In this document: positions 1 through 7,980 of the stretch, in pieces | Numbering within the stretch: the stretch's first letter is position 1 | Layout of the letters: every line of letters begins with the position of its first letter | NCBI GenBank assembly: GCA_015520605.1 | Contig: WAPT01000022.1 | Location: 1 to 42,936, forward strand | Source of the DNA: Nanobdellati archaeon | GTDB lineage: Archaea; EX4484-52; WAPT01 | Reading direction: 5' to 3' | DNA length: 42,936 nt | Translations under genes and position numbers: made by a program | The notes under the pieces: model-generated | The model's input: the letters and a program-made list of their open reading frames with translations, nothing else | The model's database searches: none | What the model was told of the DNA's origin: nothing

Positions 1-93
1 AGAGCTATGCGAGAACCTTTATCTCTCCAGGGACTCTATTACGTTTAAATATTCGCGATACAATATCTTATCAGGTTTTTTGTGTCCCCATTC

Positions 94-146
94 GGGCATC
101 ACCTCCTCAAAAATTTTTTGATCATAGCGAAGCGGAGGTGATGCCC
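94..146. repeat. Perfect 13-bp inverted repeat GGGCATCACCTCC / GGAGGTGATGCCC with 27-nt loop
   Basis: Arms at 94-106 and 134-146; the right arm contains the RBS and ATG of the IS6 remnant. Confidence 0.85.
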
Positions 147-531
147 TCTAAGCTTAAACCTTTATTTCCACTTAAACGTAACGAAAAGGACAAGAGAACG
201 AAAATCTATGCAACCATAGACTATATTTTATTTTCATCATACAGAAAATCAGCAGACAGAATAAGCATCTACTTTCAAAAAATAAGCAAATCTTTCGTAT
301 GAAAGATACGTTAAATCTTTTAAAGAAAAAGTAAAGCTGAACAAGGAAATGAAGCACAGAAAACTTATAGCAATGGATGAAACTATAATAAAAACCAACG
401 GAAAGAAGTGCTACGTTTATGTTGCGTACGATTTGAGCAACAACGAACTGCTTTGCATGAAAGGCTCATGCAACACGGAATATTGCAACAACTCTTGCCT
501 TTGTGAGGAAGGTTTTGAAAACTTCTTTTGA
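141..531 (+). pseudogene. IS6-family DDE transposase remnant (interrupted and truncated)
   Basis: ATG141 after GGAGGTG reads MPSKLKPLFPLKRNEKDKRTKIYATIDYILFSSYRKSADRIS..SKSFV then stop (IS6-like HTH N-terminus); the downstream frame has IAMDETIIKTNGKKCYVYVAYD, the IS6 first catalytic-Asp motif; C-terminus missing. Confidence 0.75.
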
Positions 532-692
532 TTTAAGGATTTTTCAAAAGCTCCAGAAAAAATAAAAGGAATAGAAAATCTTTTCCCATAACAACGGAAA
601 TTGCTATTATATTTATGAGAAAAGGGAAATAGATCCCAGCAAATAGGGAGAATTTAAAATAGAGAATATCATGAGTTTTTTGGGTTTAAAAG

Positions 693-1061
693 ATGAAAAT
701 CTATCAGAAAAGGTCAAAAATGGTAGATGAAATTTTAAAGGATAAAGGTGTGTCCGATTCGGCATGGATTCAAAAATTCAAAGCAAAAGGTGAGGAGCCT
801 CCAATTTATTACAAAATGTTTCCTCTGGAAAATCTGATAAATATAAGGAATTGCAAAGGAAAAACAGTTCAGCTCGGCTATTTAAATAAGGAGGGAGAAT
901 TGATAGACAAAATCCATGGGGAATGGTACAAATTCTTTGAGTTTGCTGATGGCAGTATTTTCTTTATAAAAGAAAGCGGTTGGAGCTCGCTCGAGATCAA
1001 AATTCAAGACAAAAACGAAAGGATAAAGAATACATACAAAATGGAGTTGTTTTTGATTTAG
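693..1061 (+). CDS. Hypothetical protein, AT-rich, possibly a fragment
   Basis: 122-aa ORF with no recognised motif, next to the IS remnant. Confidence 0.45.
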   Translation: MKIYQKRSKMVDEILKDKGVSDSAWIQKFKAKGEEPPIYYKMFPLENLINIRNCKGKTVQLGYLNKEGELIDKIHGEWYKFFEFADGSIFFIKESGWSSLEIKIQDKNERIKNTYKMELFLI

Positions 1062-1219
1062 GAAAGTGTCCTGAGTCCCGATACGATACCCGCGCAGGAA
1101 GAATGAAAAGTATCAGTGCCAAAAATAACAAAATGATGTAATGATGTTTATGATGTAATAATGTTTCATCACCAATCCGATCATAACATAGTTTATGATG
1201 ATTTTGTATAATCGTGGAC

Positions 1220-1333
1220 TTACTTCTCAACTTCTTCAACTTTCGCTTTCCTCATACCCAAAATACCGGAAACAAGGTAGCGATTTTCTATAGGAGCATT
1301 ATGAAAAGCATCGCGTAAATGTTGCGCCACCAT
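1220..1333 (-). CDS. Putative 37-aa small protein immediately downstream of RuBisCO
   Basis: ATG 1 nt after the rbcL stop; MVAQHLRDAFHNAPIENRYLVSGILGMRKAKVEEVEK. Confidence 0.3.
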   Translation of the reverse strand: MVAQHLRDAFHNAPIENRYLVSGILGMRKAKVEEVEK

Positions 1334-1334
1334 T

Positions 1335-2789
1335 TTAAATGCTCCACACTTCTCTAAAGCTCATCCTGCCGCTCAGCACCATCTCTGTCAGCAATTCCCT
1401 GTTCTTCCTTTCGAATTCCAGTTTTTCCATGATCTCGCGCGGATCAATATAGTTAAAGTGCTCAAGCGCTTCCTTTAGCTCCTTGCTTTTTCTCGCATAT
1501 TCTTTGAGAGAAATGCCACTCGCCACAGCTTCGGCAGCGTCTCTCATGGCTTTTGCTCCCGCTCTCGTGCCTCCCGGGTGACCATGCACGCCTCCTCCCG
1601 CCTGAGCGGTAACGTTCTTGCCGTGTAGCGCTATCAAAGCTTCCATCCTTGCGGGATCAAGTCCACCTGAAGCAACAGGCATGATTGGTTTGATGTGTGG
1701 TGTATACTCAAATTGAAGAGCTCCGAGGTACAGCTTCTCGCCTACCTTCCTTTTCTCCGCAAGCTCGTGGAAGTGCTTTATGAGCAATGCGCCACCCTCC
1801 ATCTTACCCACTCCCGTACCTATATGAAGCTGATCAACACCCACAATCCTGTACAACTTCTCCATGATTTGGAAGTTCACACCAAAAGAGCCACGATGCC
1901 ATGCCGCATATCCGGCTCTGTGTGCATGGATGGCAAGTTTTCTCTTCCTCGCTTCACCCACGAGATGGTTGAGAGCCGCAAGACCGAGAATGTAAACATC
2001 CAACATGATGAAGTTGTGTCCTCTTTCAACGACGTAATCCATCCTCTCTATCATCCTCTCAAAGCTGACATCCGTTATATTCGTGCAGTAGATCTTCTTC
2101 TCTCCCGTCTCTCTCTCAGCCTTATCCATCGCTTCGAACGTTGCATCGAACCTCTCTTTCCACCTGCAGAATCCCTGGTCAACAAGGTTTTCATCATCCT
2201 TAACGAGATCAAGCCCACCGACCCAAGCGTCATAGGCAACGTTTGCAAACTCCTTGGGGGTAAGACCGACCTTGGGCTTGACTATCGTGCCCACATGAGG
2301 TCTCTTGCTTTTATGTGTACCCACACACCTCCTTATTCCGTTCAGCCCGTAGAGGGGGCCGTTAAACTGTTTCTGAAACTTCAGCGGGAACTTTATATCC
2401 AGAACATACAGCTCATCAAGTTCTTTCAACCCGAAAATGTTGCCCAGTACCGATGCCTGAAACTGAAGTAGATTCTTGGTGTCGAAGTGCTGGAAAGGAT
2501 AAGCTATAAAAACATAGCCTGCAGTCTCACTTACCTTCTCAATACGGAAAATTCTGGCTCTGTAATTCTTCAAAACTGTCTCGTTCATGGTCTTTATGGC
2601 TGTCCACGTTCCAACCGAGCTTTCAGAAGCAACAGCTTCGGCGAGCTTTTCTATTTTCTCCTTACCTCTGATCCAGAAAAGCGCTATAAAATCATCCTCT
2701 GAAGGCTCATAGTCAAACTCGATATAGTTGTAACCGCCGTATGTCATCGAACCACCTCCAAACTCAGATGCTTTGATAAAAAGTACCAC
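1335..2789 (-). CDS. rbcL: RuBisCO large subunit, archaeal form III (III-b-like)
   Basis: AxESSVGTWT, IVKPKVGL, GGLDLVKDDE, HAHRA, DQLHIGT-GKMEG, VASGG, AGGGVHGHP all present. Confidence 0.95.
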   Translation of the reverse strand: MVLFIKASEFGGGSMTYGGYNYIEFDYEPSEDDFIALFWIRGKEKIEKLAEAVASESSVGTWTAIKTMNETVLKNYRARIFRIEKVSETAGYVFIAYPFQHFDTKNLLQFQASVLGNIFGLKELDELYVLDIKFPLKFQKQFNGPLYGLNGIRRCVGTHKSKRPHVGTIVKPKVGLTPKEFANVAYDAWVGGLDLVKDDENLVDQGFCRWKERFDATFEAMDKAERETGEKKIYCTNITDVSFERMIERMDYVVERGHNFIMLDVYILGLAALNHLVGEARKRKLAIHAHRAGYAAWHRGSFGVNFQIMEKLYRIVGVDQLHIGTGVGKMEGGALLIKHFHELAEKRKVGEKLYLGALQFEYTPHIKPIMPVASGGLDPARMEALIALHGKNVTAQAGGGVHGHPGGTRAGAKAMRDAAEAVASGISLKEYARKSKELKEALEHFNYIDPREIMEKLEFERKNRELLTEMVLSGRMSFREVWSI

Positions 2790-2914
2790 ACCATTGTTAT
2801 TTCTTCGAACACACTCTTATATCTCTTTCTTTTTTCTTTCACTCACCCCGGTGTTTCCTTACTGCCTGTACCTTCAGTAACGATTTTTAAAATTTCAAAA
2901 TTAAGGTTGTAATT

Positions 2915-3223
2915 ATGGTGACTCAGAACAAGAGAGAAGAAGATGCAGGAAATGCGGCGGCGCTCATTCGTGTTTACGGTGTCGTGCAGGGAGTGGGGTA
3001 CAGGGCATTCACTATGCAGCACGCCGAAAGACTTGGTCTTAAAGGGTACGTCAGGAACATGGAAGACGGAAGTGTGGAGGTTTATGTTGAGGGTGCGAAG
3101 GAGAAGATCGAGGAGCTCATAAAAAAGCTGGAGGAAGGCCCTTTCCTTGCCAGAGTTGAAAAGTTGGATGTTAGCTGGACTGAGCTGAAAGGAGAGTATG
3201 GCGATTTCAGAATAGTTTATTGA
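2915..3223 (+). CDS. acyP: Acylphosphatase
   Basis: GVVQGVGYR and GYVRNMEDGSVE signatures. Confidence 0.95.
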   Translation: MVTQNKREEDAGNAAALIRVYGVVQGVGYRAFTMQHAERLGLKGYVRNMEDGSVEVYVEGAKEKIEELIKKLEEGPFLARVEKLDVSWTELKGEYGDFRIVY

Positions 3224-3264
3224 GGTGGTAACTCTTTTTTATTATTTTTCTCATAATCTTTTTC

Positions 3265-4581
3265 TCATAATCCGAACCCTGAAAGCATCTTGTCGAGCTT
3301 CATACCTCTTCTCAAAAATCTTCCTTTTTTGAACTTCTTGATCATCCTCTTCATCTGCTTATAAGCCTTTAACAGCTCCGCCACTTCCTCCGGCTTCGTT
3401 CCACTTCCTCTTGCGATTCTTTCTATTCGTGAGCGGTTTATTATTTCCGGATTCATTCTTTCTTCCTTGGTCATGGAATCTATCATGTACTTCCACTTCC
3501 TGAATTTCTCCTCCTGCAACTTCAGCACATCTTTTGGCATCTTAATTCCGGGAAGGGGTAGCATCTCCAGTACCCGTGATATTCCTCCCATCTTTCCAAC
3601 ATTTTCTATCTGCTGGTAGAAATCAATGATGGTGAACTCACCCTCAAGCATACGCTTCGCCTGCTCCTCGTCCATAACCTCTCTCGCTTTCTCAAGCAAG
3701 GTCTGGAGATCTCCCATTCCGAGGAGTCTGGAAACAAATCTCACGGGATCGTACTCTTCCAGATCCTCAATCTTCTCTCCCGTTCCGATGAAAATTACTC
3801 TCGCGTCCGATGCATGACATGCTGATAAGGCACCGCCACCTTTGGCTGAGGAGTCCATTTTAGTGACGATTATACCCGTTATACCCACGGCATCGCTAAA
3901 TCCCTTTGCCTGGGTGTATGCGGCCTGTCCCATGTCAGCTGAGATGACGAGCCACTTCTCATCCGGCTTGAGGATAGAATCCACCCGCTTTATTTCCTCT
4001 ATGAGCTCGCTGTCGAGAGCCGACCTGCCCGCGGAGTCCACAATCAGGATATCATAATTCTTTTCCTCGTAAACCTCCAGAGCTCCTCTTATTATCCTAT
4101 CGATGTCTTTCTCGTTCTCAATTCCGAAAAAGTCAAGCCTGTGTTTTTCGCAAAGTTGCTTCAGCTGGTGATAAGCAGCTGGTCTGTGTATGTCCGCGGC
4201 AACGGCAAGGGCCTTCAATCCTCTCTTCCTGAAGTAACTGGCAAGTTTTGCTGTTGTTGTTGTCTTACCGCTACCGTAAATACCGAGGAGGAGAATTTTC
4301 TGTCTGCCCATTCTTATAGTTGCCTTTTCTTGCCCGAGAAGCTTCACGAGCTCATCATACACTACCTTTATGACGTATTCCCTCCTCGTCAACCCGGGAG
4401 GAATTTCTTCCCTGAGGGCTTTTTCCTTTATCCTTTTGGACAGCTCAAAGACGAGCTTTATATCTACATCAGACTGGATGAGCACTCTCTGTATGCCCCT
4501 CACCAATTCTTCAATCTCCGCCTTTCCGGGGGAGGACTTTGAAAGAAAACCGCCAACAATATCTTTCAGTCTGGACAGCAT
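3265..4581 (-). CDS. srp54: Signal recognition particle protein SRP54
   Basis: GIYGSGKTTT, DSAGR, TKMDSSAKGGGALS; M-domain SMTKEER..SRIERIARGSG. Confidence 0.97.
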   Translation of the reverse strand: MLSRLKDIVGGFLSKSSPGKAEIEELVRGIQRVLIQSDVDIKLVFELSKRIKEKALREEIPPGLTRREYVIKVVYDELVKLLGQEKATIRMGRQKILLLGIYGSGKTTTTAKLASYFRKRGLKALAVAADIHRPAAYHQLKQLCEKHRLDFFGIENEKDIDRIIRGALEVYEEKNYDILIVDSAGRSALDSELIEEIKRVDSILKPDEKWLVISADMGQAAYTQAKGFSDAVGITGIIVTKMDSSAKGGGALSACHASDARVIFIGTGEKIEDLEEYDPVRFVSRLLGMGDLQTLLEKAREVMDEEQAKRMLEGEFTIIDFYQQIENVGKMGGISRVLEMLPLPGIKMPKDVLKLQEEKFRKWKYMIDSMTKEERMNPEIINRSRIERIARGSGTKPEEVAELLKAYKQMKRMIKKFKKGRFLRRGMKLDKMLSGFGL

Positions 4582-4693
4582 GAGGTGTGTTTTGTGTGCT
4601 CAACTTTTTAAGGTTAGGGAAACTATCCAAATCCCATCCGCAGATTTTTAAAACTTCCATACCAGATGCTTTTTGAACAAGGAGGTGTTCGAA

Positions 4694-5131
4694 ATGGATA
4701 TGGGTCAAATGAACACGGATCAGCAGAGGATGGCCAAGGTTCTGCAGGCGGAAATCTACGGGCAGGAGATGAAAAGGCTTGAACGGGAATATGAGATGTT
4801 GATGCTCAGAATTCAGGAGATGGAGAAAACCATCAAAGCGCTTGATGAAGTATCGTCCAAGAAAACCTTCAGGGCAATAGTCCCGATCGGGAGTGACGTG
4901 CTTGTGAGAGCAAATATTGAAGATGCTTCGGAATTCCTCGTTGCCGTAAGCTCCAAGTACTTCGTGAAGATGAGTCATGAAAACGCGAGGGACTTTCTGC
5001 TCAAACAAAAAAAGATCCTTGGGGATGCTGCAGAGAAGTTGGAAAAGCAGTTTGAAGCCATAGAAGCTCAGTTCCAGAAAGTGGTGGAGGAAATCAGAGA
5101 GATGGAAGAGGAACTACATGAAGAGGAGTGA
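4694..5131 (+). CDS. pfdA: Prefoldin alpha subunit
   Basis: Coiled coil / beta-hairpins (IVPIGSDVLV) / coiled coil; GGAGGTG RBS before ATG4694; upstream of ftsY. Confidence 0.88.
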   Translation: MDMGQMNTDQQRMAKVLQAEIYGQEMKRLEREYEMLMLRIQEMEKTIKALDEVSSKKTFRAIVPIGSDVLVRANIEDASEFLVAVSSKYFVKMSHENARDFLLKQKKILGDAAEKLEKQFEAIEAQFQKVVEEIREMEEELHEEE

Positions 5132-5211
5132 ACCTGAGCAGGAATACCGGAGAATTCAAATTCAGATGCTTGGAAATGCGGGGCCGGTGGTTTTCTGATC
5201 GGGTGAGTAAC

Positions 5212-5748
5212 ATGAAATCCTATAGCCCGTCAGTCAGGGGCAGCATTACTGAAAACGCTAAAGAGGTCAGAGACTTCGAACAAGACCCTTACAAAGACAG
5301 GATAGTTGTGTGCGTGCTTGTCTACATCTTCAGAGAGGACGGTAAGCTTCTGCTCCTCAAAAGGAAGAATCCGCCATATAGTGGCTATTGGGAAACGGTG
5401 GGCGGTAAGGTGGAGTTCCTTGAGCCACTGGAAAAAGCGGCGATGAGGGAGGTTAAAGAAGAAGCCGGGATAGAGATTGATGAGAGTTCCCTTCAATTTG
5501 TGGGAGTATTTCAGCACATCGTTAAAGCTGAGAAATATCACAGAGTCCTGATAGTGTATGCGGTGAAGGTGCCTGTAAATGTAGAAATAAAAGTGAGTGA
5601 GCACGATGAGTTTGGATGGTTCGATATAAATAATCTTCCTGAGAAGGTTTTATGCGGGCCGATAGATGACGCTTACAGAATCGTCTTTGGTGGGAGCAAT
5701 GCTGAAAAGGTTGAAACAAAGGCTCGAAAGCATCCTGAAGGGTGTTGA
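5212..5748 (+). CDS. Nudix hydrolase (MutT/ADP-ribose pyrophosphatase-like)
   Basis: Exact Nudix box GKVEFLEPLEKAAMREVKEEAGI; ATG5212 preceded by GGTGA; overlaps the ftsY start. Confidence 0.9.
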   Translation: MKSYSPSVRGSITENAKEVRDFEQDPYKDRIVVCVLVYIFREDGKLLLLKRKNPPYSGYWETVGGKVEFLEPLEKAAMREVKEEAGIEIDESSLQFVGVFQHIVKAEKYHRVLIVYAVKVPVNVEIKVSEHDEFGWFDINNLPEKVLCGPIDDAYRIVFGGSNAEKVETKARKHPEGC

Positions 5749-6721
5749 GGAAGAGCTCGAGGAAAGGGAAGCTGAAGCGCTAACGACGGAGGAGAAGCCA
5801 GAAAAGAAGGAGGAGGAAGAGGGCGGTAAAAGAGAAAAAGCCAAAAAAGAAGGGAAGCGAATCCCGATCCTTCAGATTGAGTTAACGGAGAGCCTTCTCG
5901 ATAACGTTCTGTGGCAGATTGAGCTGGCAATGCTTGAGAACAATGTTGCTGAGGAAGCTGCTTCTCACATCTGTGAAAGTGTGAAAGAAAAGCTTGCGGA
6001 CAGGGTGGTGAGCAGGAGGGATGTTGGAAAGCTTGTTAAAGATGCTGTAAGAGAAGAAATTGAGAGACTCTTCGAATTGCAGGAGATCTGTATTGAGGAT
6101 GTCATAGAGAAAAAGAAAAAGGAGGGCAAGCCCGCTTTGATTCTCTTTTTCGGGTTTAATGGTGCAGGCAAGACAACCACGATGGCAAAGATAGCATATA
6201 TGCTCCTTAAAAAAGGATACTCGGTTGTTTTTGCAGCAGCGGACACATTCAGGGCGGCAAGCATAGAGCAACTGGAGGAACACGCGCGCAACCTCAACAT
6301 TAAAGTTATAAAGCATCGCTACGGTTCAGACCCCGCTGCGGTGATATTCGACGCAATGAAATACGCGGAAAGCAAGAACATTGATGTTGTCCTTGCGGAT
6401 ACCGCCGGCAGGTCTCATGCTGACAAAAATCTCCTGGAAGAGCTCAAAAAGATAGTGCGTGTTAACAAACCAGATCTCAGAATTCTTGTGCTTGAAGCCA
6501 TAGCAGGCAACGATATAATCGAGCAGGCCAGAAGGTTCGAGGAAGCGGGAGTAGATGGTGTAATACTCACGAAATGGGATGTGGATGAGAAGGGTGGAGC
6601 TGCCATCTCCGCAGTTTATGTGCTTCAGAAACCCATACTGTTTGTGGGAACTGGCCAAAGTTACGAAGATCTCGAACATTTCGATAAGGAAAAGCTCCTG
6701 CATGAGATTGTAGGCAGGTAA
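5699..6721 (+). CDS. ftsY: SRP receptor FtsY
   Basis: GFNGAGKTTT, DTFRAASIEQL, DTAGR, TKWD..KGGAAIS; acidic N-terminal region. Confidence 0.96.
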   Translation: MLKRLKQRLESILKGVEEELEEREAEALTTEEKPEKKEEEEGGKREKAKKEGKRIPILQIELTESLLDNVLWQIELAMLENNVAEEAASHICESVKEKLADRVVSRRDVGKLVKDAVREEIERLFELQEICIEDVIEKKKKEGKPALILFFGFNGAGKTTTMAKIAYMLLKKGYSVVFAAADTFRAASIEQLEEHARNLNIKVIKHRYGSDPAAVIFDAMKYAESKNIDVVLADTAGRSHADKNLLEELKKIVRVNKPDLRILVLEAIAGNDIIEQARRFEEAGVDGVILTKWDVDEKGGAAISAVYVLQKPILFVGTGQSYEDLEHFDKEKLLHEIVGR

Positions 6722-6802
6722 AGTGCAATTTCCCCAAAACCATATAAAGTTTTTAAGACAAAATTATAAAGTAAAATTGTTGAGGGGATTTTCGTGCCGA
6801 AC

Positions 6803-7357
6803 ATGGCAAAATCTGACGTGAAAGACGGTAATGCTGTACCACAACCACTGAAGAACGGTGGAGAAAAAAAGAATGTGGAAACATCCGATGACAGACCTGT
6901 CCAAAAAACAGTAAGAAAAAGTGGAGAAAAATCTCAAAACCGCGCAAAGTCCGAGTTCTCGGAAGAAAAGGAAGAAGAGGAAATTGACGCTTATTTGAGG
7001 GAAATAGACGAAAAGGTGAGACGCCTAAAGGAAAAGGTGGAGAAAAAAGAAAAAAGCGACAGGAGTGCAGGAATCTTTAAGAAAATAATCCCGGGAACAA
7101 AAAAAGAAAATGACATAAAGGCCGTATCGAAGGAGGTCCACGAGCTAAAAAACAAACTCGAAAAAGCGTGCATGCTTCAGGAAAAACTTGTTGACGAGTT
7201 TGAGGATCTCAAAGAACGCGTAACGAGAATCGAGAAATCTCTCCAGAATTTTAACCTCCCGGTTCTGGACAGAAAAACGAAAGAGATTGAGAAGGATGTA
7301 AGGGCGCTGGAAGACTTCATGTTGAGGCTTCTGGATATAATTGAAAGACTGGCCTGA
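6803..7357 (+). CDS. Hypothetical charged coiled-coil protein
   Basis: K/E-rich ORF, low-complexity N-terminus, heptad-like C-terminus. Confidence 0.7.
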   Translation: MAKSDVKDGNAVPQPLKNGGEKKNVETSDDRPVQKTVRKSGEKSQNRAKSEFSEEKEEEEIDAYLREIDEKVRRLKEKVEKKEKSDRSAGIFKKIIPGTKKENDIKAVSKEVHELKNKLEKACMLQEKLVDEFEDLKERVTRIEKSLQNFNLPVLDRKTKEIEKDVRALEDFMLRLLDIIERLA

Positions 7358-7364
7358 AGTTCTA

Positions 7365-7489
7365 TGGCGAGCCCGGGGGGATTTGAACCCCCGACCACTG
7401 GCTCCGAAGGCCAGCGCTCTTTCCAGCCGCAGGCCACCACCACATCTGGCTGGAACGGCCTGACGGAGTCCAGACTGAGCTACGGGCCC
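7365..7489 (-). tRNA. tRNA-Arg(UCG) with 47-nt intron in the D-loop (20a/21; intron 7421-7467), CCA encoded
   Basis: Spliced form GGGCCCGTAGCTCAGTCTGGAC|AGAGCGCTGGCCTTCGGAGCCAGTGGTCGGGGGTTCAAATCCCCCCGGGCTCGCCA; BHB-like junction: bulge ACU, central CUGG/CUGG helix, bulge AAA. Confidence 0.92.
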
Positions 7490-7980
7490 AAGTGGATCGA
7501 GTAGACGAGTTGATTTTAGTTTTTCGATCCTACCAAGAAAAGTTTAATTTTAGAAATTTTTATAAAATGTTGTCCGAGCTGTTTGTCTCTTTTTTAAATG
7601 TGTGAATTGAATTGGAAAAAATAAGGTACTGTATTCATTTCAGAAACCTTTAGACGGATGGTAGAACGATCGCGTTCTGGGTTCTCCGACCATGGCCTGA
7701 TGCGCGGCCTACGGGATCTCCCTGTACCGTTTCTTGACACGTTCAAACTCATCACACCCATAGGTCGATATCGGTACTGGTCCTCCGCTGTTAAAAACCT
7801 TCCCTACCTTCTCTATAATCCTCGAGGCCCTCTCGCCATATTTCTTGAAAGTTTTGATGTCTTTTTCCGCATCGCTCACGTGCGAACTCACACACACCAC
7901 CCACAACCGCTTTTTTAATTAATAACACAACACATTCTAACTAGTCTCCTGAAATGAAATCCGAAACCGGACCACAACAC

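Noticed and set aside
1133-1201. 17-bp tandem repeat (ATGATGTAATGATGTTT x2, one mismatch) and an ATGATGA box-C-like motif
   Set aside because: No box D (CTGA) at a suitable distance; low-complexity AT-rich sequence
1695-2471. 258-aa ORF antisense to rbcL, and similar antisense ORFs over srp54, rrp4, yhaM and rqc2
   Set aside because: Shadow frames of strongly supported genes; no recognisable motifs
7658-7918. Overlapping short ORFs between tRNA-Arg and glmS
   Set aside because: No motif or clear RBS; may be a gene fragment but cannot be supported
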